Of a stretch of 64,000 nucleotides of DNA, positions 1 to 11,080 are shown piece by piece. Position 1 is the first letter of the stretch, and each line of letters opens with the position of its first letter. Source of the stretch: Mobula hypostoma (lineage: Eukaryota); the NCBI RefSeq assembly GCF_963921235.1, contig NC_086108.1:35342001-35406000 (forward strand), given 5' to 3'. Made by a program: the position numbers and the translations under genes. The notes under the pieces were generated by a model. It searched no databases and was not told the origin of the DNA. It worked only from the letters and a program-made list of their open reading frames with translations.

Positions 1-909
1 AGTCATTGTCAGAGTAACCAGGCCCATGAAGTGCTGATGTTAAAGAAGCGGATGAGATGATGGACCAAAAGATCAGAAAGATTTATCGTAAAAATAATTG
101 TATTCAGCAGCACAATTTTTTTTTAGTTTTCATGTGTGCTTTTCTCTTGAGAAAATACAAGAAATAATGCATATTACGGGAAATTTACTGTGACTCTGTT
201 GGCGCAGAGCAGGCTGACAGGGTATTTTTTGAATCGGAAGTTCTGGTCTTTATCAGAGTTTGATTATATCACCACATGAATCTGCCTCATAAGGATTGTT
301 ACTTCAGGCATTGGCAATAATAAAATCTGTGCGGGCGATTTTCGCCAGCAATTTTGAGCTCAAGTACCAAGCGTGAGATCTTATTTTGCTGTGACTGTGG
401 GAAACCACAAAACGACAATGGTGGTAAGGGAGGCATGATTCAGAGTGATGTCACCACTCCTGATAGGAACAAATTATTGGCACATCACTTTTGTGTTTAT
501 GGGAGCTTGCTGTGCACATTTTCTTCAAAAGTACAGTTGTGGTTGGTATTCATGACTCCGAGAGGTTACGGAAGGGTCTTCATAAAGGCAAGACCCTCAT
601 TTTATGTTGCCCTAATATACTTCTTCCCACTGTCGCAGCCTCTGAGGACACGTACTCCAATGCAGTGTTGTGTGTGGACAAAGTACAGACAACAATGACA
701 CAGATAAAGTTGCCGAGAATCCAAAGCAACTAATGATAGGTAAAAATGTTCAAAAACCTTCACTTTTCATGGCACTTCTAGTGGATTTGATGCGATTAAA
801 GCCCACATTAAAGCACCTTCAAATATTATGGGTGGTGGAAATGAATTTCGCCACACTTCACTGAACATACTAAAGCTTAGTACAATGACAAATAATGAGA
901 AACAATAAT

Positions 910-2682
910 GTTAAGAACATAGAACAGAGAACAGTACAGCACAGGACAGGCCCTTCGGCCCACAATTTGGTGCTAACCAATTACATTAGTTCTCAAATGG
1001 CCAACTAAACTAATCCCTTCCGCCTACACTGTCCATGTCCTTCTATTCATGTGCCTATCTAAAGGTTTCATAAAAATGTATCTGCATCTAACAGCACCCC
1101 AAGCAATCCAGGCACCCACCACTCTGTGTAAAATACTTGCCCCTCACATCCCCTATGAATTTGCGATGAACTTGGACTCCCAGATCCCTCTGCTCAACAA
1201 CAATATTAAGGGTCTTTCCCTTACATATGACTTACCAAGGTGCAACACTTCACATTTGGCTGGGTGAAACTCCATCTGCCAATTTTCCACCCATACCTAC
1301 AACTGATCTATATCCCACTGTATACTTTGCTAGTCTTCTACGATATCCACAGCACCATCAGTGTTCTTATCATCTGCAAAGTTACTAACCAACCTATCTA
1401 AATTTTCATCCATGTAATTTATATGCATTACTAACAGCAGTGGTCCTAATACAGATCCCTGTGGAATACCATTAATCACAGGCCTCCAGCTAGAATAAGT
1501 ATCTTCAACCACTACCATCTGTCTTCTACGGTCAAGCCAATGCTGAATCCAAACGGCCAATTCACAATGGATCCCATGCATCTTAATCTTCTGGCTGAGC
1601 TTCTCATGAAGGATCTTATCAAATGCCTTACTAAAATCTATGTGGATAACATCCACAGCTCTACCTTCACCAATCACCCTTGACACCTTGTCAAAAAATT
1701 CAGTCAAGTTAGAAAGTCACGACTTGCCCCAAACAAAATCATGATGGTTCTTCCTAATTAGGCCATGGTTTTCTAAATGTTCATAAATCCTATCCCTAAA
1801 AATTTTCTCTAGTAACTTCCCAACCACTGATGTGAAACTCACTGGTCTATAAAATCCAGTATTATCTCTTGTTCCATTCTTGGATAATGGAGCAGCATTA
1901 GCTACTCACCAGTTCGCCTGGACCTTGCCAGTGGCTAGAGAGGATGAAAAGATATTGGTCAGGTTCTGAGCAATTTCATTTCTTGTCTCTCTCAGTATCC
2001 CACCAGGCCCTGATGAATTATCCATCTTAATGCTCTTTAAGAGATGACAACATTACTTCCTTCTTTACCTCAAAATGTCCTAGCATAGTTGCACTCAGCA
2101 CTGATCTCTCTACTTTCCACATCCTTCTCCTCAGTAAATACTGATGTAAAGTACTCATTAAGGATTTCACCAACCTCTTCCACATTGAAGCAAATTTTCT
2201 ACCCTTTATCCTTGATTAGTCCTACCTACCCACTCCATAGTTATCCTCTTGCTCTTGATGTGCAGCAAGTATAGAAGTCTTGGGATTCTCTTTAATCCTA
2301 CTTTCGAAGGATTTTTCATGGCCCCTCTTTGTTTTCCTAATTTTCTTCTTGAGTTCTTTTCTGGCTGCTTTATAATCCTCAAGTGCTCTGTTTTAGTCCA
2401 GATTTGTAAGCTTTACATACTTGACATTTTTCTTCTTGACTAAGTTCATCACCCTTCTCAAAATCCAAGGTTCCCTTACCTTGCCACCCTTGTCCTTTCT
2501 TTTGACTGGAACACCCTGTACTCTGTGCATTTGGTCTTTAAACAGCCTCAATATGTTGGATGTGGACTTGACGAAAAACAGTTATTCCCAACTAATTCTC
2601 CCTAGTTCCTGTCTAATGCTCTCGTAATTTACCCTGTTCCAATTTAATACTCTCCTACAAGGTTCATACTTATCCTTATCAA
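910..2682 (-). mobile_element. CR1-clade LINE, decayed, 3' part (RT domain and tail); continues at 4674-4880
   Basis: ORF 1330-1707 has RT motifs DFSKAFDK, GIPQGSVLGPLL and FADD. A CR1-type tail (aacatagaacag...cacaggacaggcccttcggcccac on +) lies at ~910-965. Many stops and an internal deletion. Confidence 0.9.
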
Positions 2683-4673
2683 GTAAAGTCAAGTTTATTG
2701 TCATTTAACTATATACATGTACTGTATATAACCATATAATGTATATAGAAACAAGACAATGTTTTTTCAAGCCAGGGTGTAAAGCATAGTTGTACATGTA
2801 ACACACAATGACTTATTAGATTAGATTATGAGGACACGCAGTCCTCTTTTATTGTCATTTAGTAATGCATGCATTAAGAAATGATACAATGTTCCTCCAG
2901 AATGATATTACAGAAACACAAGACAAACCAAGACTAAAAACTGACAAAAACCACATAATTATAACATATAGTTACAACAGTGCAAAGCAATCCCGTAATT
3001 TGATAAAGAACAGACCATGGTCACGGTAAAAAAAAGTCTCAAAGTCTCTTGAAAGTCCCATCATCTCACGCAGACGGGAGAAAGAAGAAAAACTTTCCCT
3101 GCCATGAACCTCCAGCGCCGCAAACTTGCCGATGCAGCACCCTGGAAGCACCCGACCACAGCTGACTCTTGAGCCCGTCCAAAAACTTCGAGCCTCTGAC
3201 CAGCCCTCCGACACCGAGCACCGAGCACCATCTCTGCCGAGCGCTTCAACCCCAGCCCCGGCAACAGGCAATAGGCAAAGCTGAATATTTGGGGCCTTTC
3301 CCTCCGGAGATTCTCGATCGCACAGTAGCAGCAGCAGCGAAGCAGGCATTTCAGAAGTTTCTTCAGATGTTCCTCCGTGCTTCTCACGTCTGTCTCCATC
3401 AAATCAGGATTGTGCACGGCATCCTACTTACAAATATGATATAATTTTGGAGCGACTGCACACACTGTGTCGCACTGCCACCTTCTCCTCCCCTCCTTAT
3501 GAAGGTAAGGATAAAATCTGCAGATGAATCACACATAAATAACAAACTGAAGTGCATTAATATTAAATATTGTAAGGTAAGGAACAGATTAACCAGTGAC
3601 ACTTTGTATACGATGAACCCGGGAGTTTAGAAGTCTAATGGCCTGAGGGAAGAAATTGTTTCGCAGCCTGACCGCTCTTGTTTTTATGCATTGTAGTCCC
3701 CTGTCTGATGGTAGAAAGTCAAAGAGGGTGCCGGATGGATGGTGGGATCCTTAATAACACTTAAGGGCACTGCATATGGAGCACTCCTGATAAATGTCCC
3801 CGATGGATGGTAGGGAGAACCCGTGATCCTCTCAGCTGTTTTCACATTCTTTTGTAGGGACTTCTGGTCCGATGCTCAACTGCTCCCGTACCAGACAGAG
3901 ATGCAACTTGTCAGGATGCTCTCAATGGTGCGCAGTTAAGATGGCGGGGTGGTGTGGGGTGAGCCTTGCTGTCTCAATCTCCTTATGAAATGGAGGCGCT
4001 GCTGTGCCTTCTTCTTCAGGGAGGTGATATTAAGGGACCAGGTGAGGTCACCTGTGATGTGAACTTCCAGGAACTTGGTGCACTTAACCCTCTCTAGGGA
4101 GGAGCCATGTATTCCAGAGGGGGATGGCTTGTCTGCGCCTTCCTTTGTCTTCTCCACGTTCGGGCTTAGGTTGTTCTTCTCACACCAATCCACCAGTTGT
4201 TTCACTTCCTCTCTATACTCTGTCTCATCATCATTCTTGATAAGGTCAACCACTGTTGTGTGATCTGCAAACTTGATGTCACGGTTTGAGCTGGATCCTG
4301 CAACACAGTCATGCATCAGCAGTGTGATCAGCGGACCGAGCACACAGCCTTGGGGAGCACCAGTGCTCAATGTAATGGGACGAGAGATGTTCCTGCCCAA
4401 ACAGACTGACTGTGGCCTTACTGCTAAGAAGTCCAGTATCCAAATGCAGAGGGAGGTGTTGAGACCCAGTGAGGACAGTTTCTCCACCAGTTTCTATGGT
4501 ATAATGGTGTTGAATGCTGAACTTAAGTCTGGCATCTGAGACCCCACTTCCAGGTGGGACAGGACAGAGTGGAGCACAGACACTATTGCAGCGTCTGTGG
4601 ATCGATGTGAGTGATAAGCGACTGGAAAGAATCCAATGTAGCCGGGAGATAGGCTTTAATGTGCTACGTGACC
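2683..4673 (-). mobile_element. Rex1/Babar-type LINE, 5'-truncated, inserted into the CR1 and itself interrupted at 2817-3495
   Basis: ORF 3936-4487 reads [49 protein letters not shown]. The 3' end is ...atgacaataaacttgacttt on minus. Flanked by the direct repeat ATCAA (2678-2682, 4674-4678). Confidence 0.85.
2817..3495 (-). mobile_element. Non-autonomous retroposon without tRNA head, Rex1-like 3' end
   Basis: Flanked by CTTAT (2812-2816, 3496-3500). The minus-strand 3' end is ATGACAATAAA, then hairpin GAGGAC-5nt-GTCCTC (2830-2846), then an (AATCT)n tail. CpG-rich body with no recognisable protein. Confidence 0.65.
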
Positions 4674-4880
4674 ATCAATAGCTATCCACATTCCTGCACC
4701 CATTCCTGCCCCTTGTTAAACTAAGTATCTGTAATAGTCATCGTTCTATGTACTGATCCATGCTCTAAGTTCGTCGCCTTTACCCATAATATACCTAACA
4801 TTAAAATACAACACTTCAAACTGTACATTCCATTGTATCTATTACTTGGCTCCTGCCTGTTTTTACTGGACCTGACATCT
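4674..4880 (-). mobile_element. CR1 LINE upstream remnant (endonuclease-side), continuation of 910-2682
   Basis: Removing 2683-4678 restores the minus-strand frame IAIDKDKYEPCRRVLNWNRVNYESIRQELGRISW, typical of CR1 ORF2 between EN and RT. Confidence 0.65.
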
Positions 4881-5241
4881 GCCTTGTTTGGTTTGACCTA
4901 AATGAGTGCCCAGACAAAATGGCAGGGTTTTTATGGAATATATTTTAGGACATGCTTGTTGTTGGAAAGATCAGCACTTACTCAACCAGGCACCTTGACA
5001 GTGCCTCCCACAACCACAGCCTTTATGAAGAAGGACAAGAGTCACAGGCACATGAGAACACCAGTATTTGCCAGTTCTCTTTTTCCCTTTCCACCTTCTT
5101 TAAGGGCTTAGTGGATGTCCTCCCACAACATTGTTGGATAGAGAGTTTCCACATTTAGTTCCTGCTATGATGAAGGAATGGTGATGTTTGCAAACCAGGA
5201 GGCAAACTTGCAGGTGGTGGTGTTCCAATGCACCTGTGGGT

Positions 5242-5334
5242 TCTGACGAAGGGTCTCAGCCCGAAACGTCGACTGTACCTCTTCCTAGAGATGCTGCCTG
5301 GCCTGCTGCGTTCACCAGCAACTTTGATGTGTGT
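5242..5334 (+). mobile_element. Short Penelope-like pLTR fragment with minimal hammerhead ribozyme core
   Basis: CTGACGA (5243-5249)-A-GGGTCTCAGCCC-GAAAC-GTC. 13-bp TSD TGCACCTGTGGGT (5229-5241, 5335-5347). Similar to the 3' end of the Penelope element at 19165-19268. Confidence 0.8.
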
Positions 5335-5852
5335 TGCACCTGTGGGTCTTGTGATTCCTGTTAGATTGTGGATAAGGAAGGTGCAGTTGGATTAGCCTGG
5401 ATGGGTATCTCCAGTGCACTTTGTAATAAGCAGTAGTAGAACAGTGACTGTTTAGGGTGGCAGATGGAAGCCTATTTAAGTGGACCACACTGTCCTGGAT
5501 GGGAATGAAATTCTTGAGTGTTTATGGAACTGCACTCATTCAGGCAAGTGTGCTGTATCCCACTGCCGTCCTGTACTTGGTGGAAAGTGATTGGTGTGTC
5601 TGAAGGTGAGTCACACACCAAAGGATATCCTGGCTCTGATCTACTGTTACACCGCAGTATTTGCATGATTGTCTAAACATACTTTCTGCATAAAGGTGAT
5701 TCTACAGTTGGAGACTTGATGTATACAATGCCATTGGATATCACGGAGAGTGATTAGGCACTTTATTGTTGGAAATGGTCATTGTCTTTCCCCTTTGTTA
5801 AAGGAGTTTATGCTAATTGAATACTGTGGAAGTGTAATTGCATTTCAACTAT

Positions 5853-6059
5853 GAGAAGAAGAAGAAAGCCCTTAATTCTGAGTGGAGTCATCGGGACACT
5901 GACATGACGGCGCTTTTTTTTAGCAGGCTTTCTTATTTTTACGAGGTCAAGTTGCCAGCACGGATGGAAAGTGTGCAAGGGAGCTGGCTGGATTCAAACT
6001 CGGGAGCCTTCGCTCTGAAGTCCGACACTGATGCCATTACGCCACCAGCCAGCCCCACC
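5853..6059 (-). mobile_element. tRNA-derived SINE
   Basis: Minus strand has A-box TGGCGTAATGG and B-box-like GAGTTTGAATCC, with a (CTT)n tail. 8-bp TSD TCAACTAT (5845-5852, 6060-6067). Confidence 0.8.
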
Positions 6060-6156
6060 TCAACTATATACACACTAATTATATAGTGCAGCTACTGTAT
6101 ACAGACAACCACAGCATAGTAAATTTTAAATTGTCCCATTCAGTCCTAAAGTTTTA

Positions 6157-6955
6157 GACCATAATACCATAAGACATAGGAGCAGAATTAGGCCATCTGG
6201 CCCATCGAGTCTGCTCCGCCATTCAATCATGGCTGATCCTTTTTTTTTCCTCCACCTAAACCCCAGTTCCTGGCCTTCTCCTCATAAGCTTTGATGCCAT
6301 GGCCAATCAAGACCCTATCAATTTCTGCCTAAATACACAAAACAACCTGGCCTCCACAGCTGCATGTGGCAACAAATTCCACAAATTCACCACCCTTTGG
6401 CTAAAGAAATTTCTTTGCACCTCTGTATTGAAAGCGTGCCCCTCCATCCTGAGGATGTGCCCTCTTGTACTAGACTCTCCCACCATGGGAAACATCCTTT
6501 CCACATCTATCCTGTCTAGGGCTTTCACCATTCAAAAGGTTTCAATGAGATCCCCCCTCATCCTTCTGAATTCCAGCGAGTATAGACCCAGAGCCATCAA
6601 ATGTTCCTCGTATGATAACTCTTTCATTCCTGGAATCATCCTTGTGAACCTCCTCTGAACCCTCTCCAATGACAGCACATCTTTTCTTACATGTTCACAA
6701 TACTCAAAGTGAGACCTCACCAGTGCCTTATAAAGCCTCAGCATCGCATCCCTGATCTTGTATTCTCGACCTCTTGAAATGAATGCTAGTATGGCATTTG
6801 CCTTCCTCATCATTGACTCCACCTGCAAGTTAACCTTTACGGTGTTCTGCAGAAGGACTCCCAAGTCCCTTTGCATCTCAGATTTTTGGATTTTCTCCCC
6901 GATTAGAAAATAGTCCTTACATTTATTTCTACTATCAAAGTGCATGACCATTTAA
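6157..6955 (-). mobile_element. CR1 LINE 3' fragment inserted at the 3' end of the Gypsy pol remnant
   Basis: ORFs 6532-6951 (RDLGV, LYKALVRSHFEYC, LERVQRRFTRMIPG, RRMRGDLIETF) and 6307-6531 (TRGH, FFSQRVVNLWN). CR1 tail at 6157-6200. Confidence 0.9.
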
Positions 6956-7144
6956 TTTTAATCACTGTGGAGGGTTTCTTACTCTTGTCAGATAATGTCT
7001 TCCCTGACAAGGGGGATCACTCTGTTTGAGACTGGTGGCTATGAAACAATCTCAGGTTCTGGGGCCTCTTCCATGGTGGTTGTATGAGTTGACTCGGAGA
7101 TTGAGGAAAGTGGTTCTGACAGCTCTGGACACCTTCCATCTCCA

Positions 7145-7806
7145 CTTTTCTCTCTGGTTCTACTTCGATCCCTCTCTTTTTTCCCACCTGCCTTCTCTCT
7201 TTCACACCACACCATTCTCTTGCTCATCCACATCCTTTTTCTCCATTTCTTCCCTCCTTTTCCTGCTCCTAGTTTGTACATCTTGATCTTAAGAAGATGT
7301 TTTTAGTTCGCTGGAGTATTTTCTTAATAATCCTTCTATCACTCCCTTTATGATCTGATCCCTCCTCTTGGTGTCCTCATTCACAACATCCTCTGATGAA
7401 TCCTCTGTTTTCATATCTCCATTGACTCCTTTCTTTTTAACCTTCCATACAGCTAGTTGGACTTTGGTCTTTGCAGCTACTTTTACCAGCAGCTTTTTGA
7501 CCGCACTTGAAGTTCATGCAATAACCTTAACGCACACAGAGTAGATTCTTGATCTTTATACTCACAAAAACCAAATGCTTGTAACTTTCCTAAAGCTCCT
7601 TGAACTCTCTTCCAGCTTACAACCAAGCCACATTTCACAAGTAACTGTCTGATTAACACGTCAAAAGCTTTCTCAGATATGTTGCCTACAAAAACTATTG
7701 TAGTCGGACCTCTGCATTTGTCACTTTCTTGCTTCCTCTGAGCAGTATGGTTGTTCCTTGGTCCAATATGCTTTCCAACAAGAGGCACAAAGGCTGGAAC
7801 CAACAT
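7145..7806 (-). pseudogene. RBM25: Processed (intronless) RBM25 fragment: RRM and start of the charged RE/RD region
   Basis: Reads LVPAFVPLVGKHIG...GPTTIVFVGNISEKAFDVLIRQLLVKCGLVVSWKRVQGALGKLQAFGFCEYKDQESTLCALRLLHELQ. After a frameshift it continues KLLVKVAAKTKVQL..WK.KKK..DTKRRDQIIKGVIEGLLRKYSSEL, then a stop, then DRSRTREKS. Matches vertebrate RBM25 as recalled. No introns, no PWI domain. Confidence 0.92.
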
Positions 7807-9272
7807 CTGTTTGTCCTCTGCTGGGTTTCTATTCATGGAGTACAGTTTGGAGACAGTTGTGGCAACATCCAGCATATTTCTTAATTTGCTTTCTTATGGC
7901 TTCATTGCAGGGGATGTGGCATGCAAATAGTGGATGGATCTCCAATCAAGTTGTAGTCGTTTCAGCCAATCATGCCCCACAATGCTGTTGTTGGTTGTTG
8001 TATTTCACAGTTACAAATGTCATTCTCACAGAAGTTATCTATTCTCCAGTACAAGTTCTTAGTTGAATGTCTGTAAGTTTCAGTTTTGTATCTTTGAAAT
8101 GCCGTTCAAACTCATTTTGTGGAATGACTGAAACAGCCAAACTAGTATCCAGTTCCATTTTAATTAATTTGCAATTCACTTCTGGCATAAGCCATATTAC
8201 TTGTCTATTGTTAATATTCACACTGTAAATTTCTAAACTATACAATCCTGTGTTACTCTCATCATTGTCGTATTTTTCATCGACTGTGTGCAGCTAAATG
8301 CTCTTTTTGAATCAGTAACTAGACTCTTCCCTGTGCAGTTCATTTATTTCTGACTGCCTGACATGCTCTTTGCATGTGTTTGTATGAGCTACTTTGTTGC
8401 ACTTTCTTCAAGTTTTGCATTTATTTGGTGTATGCGAGCCCTGGCCACAACGGTAACACGAGTTGTTCGACCAGGCCGATCTCTGTTTAGACATTGTAAT
8501 TTTGTTCACGCTCACTTTCATTCCTCACTGCAACTCAATTGTGTCTCTGTCTCTGGTTCCCATCGAAACAGCGATTTCCACTGCACTTTTAAATGTAAGT
8601 TGTGCTTCGGTTAGGAGCCATTTTTGAATGCTTTCTTTTAAGATTTTGCAAACAAAACTGTCTCCTAGTGCATCATTAACCCCATTACTGAACTGGCAAT
8701 GCTCAGACAATCTCTTCAATTCAGCCGTGTACACTAAAGTGGACTCTCCATCCTGGTGATTCACTTATGAAGCTTAAAGTGTTCTGCGATTAACAATTCT
8801 AAGTGTTTCTGCATCACTCTTACACTTGTAGCAAAGCTCACTTCTGCTGGTTTGTTTGGAGAGGACAAACTTTGAAGCAAACTGTATGCCTTTAAACTCA
8901 ATGCACTTAGCAAAATTGGCATTTGCTTCTCATTGGCTATTTCATTGGTTTCAAAATATTGATCTAATATCTGAGCATACATAAGCCAATTACCTATTGT
9001 GTAATCAAACATGTCAATCTTTCTGATGTAGCCAGCCATTGCTGATTTTTTTAATGATTATTATCAACCAGTACTCGTTCTTTATGAACTCATGAATTGT
9101 TTCATTTTGACTTCTTTAAAAAGCACTTGATTATGTCTTCCTTTCTGAAGACCATATCTGCATGTGTTGGCTGTTTTTATTTTTACTCATTTTTTTTAGT
9201 TCGAGTATCTCGCTGCATTTTAATAGGTCAGCAGCTGTCTCTGGGTTTGTTTTAAAAATACCTCATCACCAA

Positions 9273-9531
9273 TGTTATGTTTTGTAACTTCAAGAACATT
9301 AAATTGATTCGACGGAAGACATGGTGATTCCGAAATACTGGTGTAACTTCATCTTTACTTTAAGTGAGGCATGCACGTATCACATATTAACATGACGATA
9401 TAGGCGATTAACATAGTTTTACATATAACCTGTAATTAATTAAACTAATTAAACAATAAATGCTTAATCAAACAATATATATACAAGGTTACTCAAGTAT
9501 TATTGAAATATTAAATACCCCTCAAATAACA
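9273..9531 (-). repeat. 5' LTR of the Gypsy element (259 bp)
   Basis: Inverted termini TGTTAT...ATAACA, followed on minus by a TGG-starting PBS and the gag leader. No second copy seen in the window. Confidence 0.7.
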
Positions 9532-10222
9532 CCTTTGGTTGGCCCTGTAGAAGCCGCCATCTTACCAGTAGAGACACATTTGCCTGCTTATCTGGCGTAT
9601 TTGCCTTTACTGCAAAGCATCATGGGCACCTTCCACCCCACCCCACCCCCCCAACTCTTTGTGTATAAAATATGCCTTGCACCTTGTTTGTTAGTTTGAA
9701 TTGCTATTTTCTAATATCTTAGAGTGATATACTGAGACACGGTGATAGAAATGTTAAGTGATAATTCTCTCAGATTTAGATGCAGGGCACTACAACTGAG
9801 ATCACATCAGTGCGGTTGCTTAGTGAGATAAAAGCCACAGGTCTGCATGTCCCAATGGAGAAGGACACTGTCTTGACACCACGATCTTTCCTGTTATTTA
9901 ATAAATTATCTTTGTTGCAATTTCAATCACCATCTATATTCCAATATGTTAGGTACAGAGGGAGGGACACCACAAAGACTGTTCATATTTAACTGTCTTC
10001 TGAAGTGGCTTAGCATGCCCTGCAATAGATACCAAACTTTCCCAGTGATGTCCGTATTCCACGAGGATTCAAAAACTACTGTGAAAACAGGAATAATCTA
10101 TTTGATTAACACTCTGCATGTTAATGAGAAAAAGACTTGATTATTAAATAATTTTCACAGACAAAATTGTTTTAATTTTAGATTTTTGCATATAAAATTG
10201 CAAATGGAAAGGGGAGTGCGGT

Positions 10223-10236
10223 GTTGCTATGGAGAC
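10223..10236. promoter_or_regulatory. RFX X-box-like motif
   Basis: GTTGCTATGGAGAC fits the 14-bp RFX X-box pattern and lies in non-repetitive sequence. Motif match only. Confidence 0.3.
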
Positions 10237-10429
10237 CAGCATACTTCTCCTCAGCTCCAACCATCAGAGATCCAGCCCTTCTCCCCAGGTAACTAACACA
10301 ACTCTTCTTCAGGATTCAAAACCTTCTGTTCCCCTTTCCCTACATCAGCATTTCCCCACCTGCACATGTCTGACCCTGCCATGTTGATATTCCCTTAATC
10401 TAAAATTTAATCAATTCCTATGTTCAAAA

Positions 10430-11080
10430 TGAGAACATGAAACAGTACAGCACAGGAATAGGCCCTTTGCCCTACAATGTCTGCGCTGAACACAAAGTCC
10501 AATTACGTTTGTAAATTCCTTCTTCTGCCTGTACATGTTCCTTATTCCTGCATTCCCTGCATTTTCTTTTGTCTTTCCAACTATCTCTTTAATGCCACTA
10601 TTGTGTCTGCTTTTAGCACTCCCCCTAAAAGCCTATTCTAGACACATAAAACTCTGTTTGCAAAAAAACTTGGCCCTCCAAACTCCCTTAAACTTTCTCC
10701 CTCTTGCCTTAAAAGCATGTCTCTAGTCTTTGACATCTCTACCCTTGGAAAAAGATTTGGACTGCCTCCCATAATCTCATCAACTTCTGTCAGTTCTCCC
10801 TTCTGCTATCTCGCCTCCACTTAAAACAGCCCAAGTTTGTCCACCTTTTTCTTATAGTTCAGACCTTCTAATCCAGGCAGCATCCAAGAATACCTCATCC
10901 GCTCCTTTTCCAAAGCTTCCACATCCTTCCCGTAACCAGGCCACCTGAATTGCACACATTATTCTAAGTGTGTCCTAACCGAAGGTTTATGTAGCTGCAA
11001 CATGTCTTTCTGACTTCCTAACTCTTATACTCAATGCCCTGAGCACGGAAGTCCAGCATCCAAGACACCTTCCTTACCAC
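10430..11080 (-). mobile_element. CR1 LINE 3' fragment, old
   Basis: Tail aacagtacagcacaggaataggcccttt and body ctaatccaggcagcatcc..., resembling the other CR1 copies in the window. Confidence 0.7.

Larger units (their letters stand above)
6060..9531 (-). mobile_element. Gypsy/Ty3 LTR retrotransposon, decayed and non-autonomous, carrying an RBM25 fragment; 3' boundary approximate
   Basis: LTR 9273-9531 and PBS-like TGGTGATGAGG at 9271-9261. gag from ATG 9039 (ELKRLSEHCQF..ALGDSFVC), zinc knuckle CYRCGQGSHTPNKC at 8458-8417, protease MELDTS at ~8160. Pol C-terminal tail EEAPEPEIVS..DPPCQGRHYLTRVRNPP at ~7140-6965. Confidence 0.85.

Noticed and set aside
354..864. Short ORFs at window start, and similar 60-110 aa ORFs at 12355, 30212, 32323 and 34695
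   Set aside because: No recognisable domains or consistent exon structure; lengths are as expected by chance.
5975..6059. tRNA gene
   Set aside because: A/B boxes are the head of a SINE with body, simple-repeat tail and TSD.
7145..7875. Functional host RBM25 gene
   Set aside because: Intronless, lacks N-terminus and PWI domain, has a frameshift, stop and internal deletion, and is embedded in Gypsy sequence.
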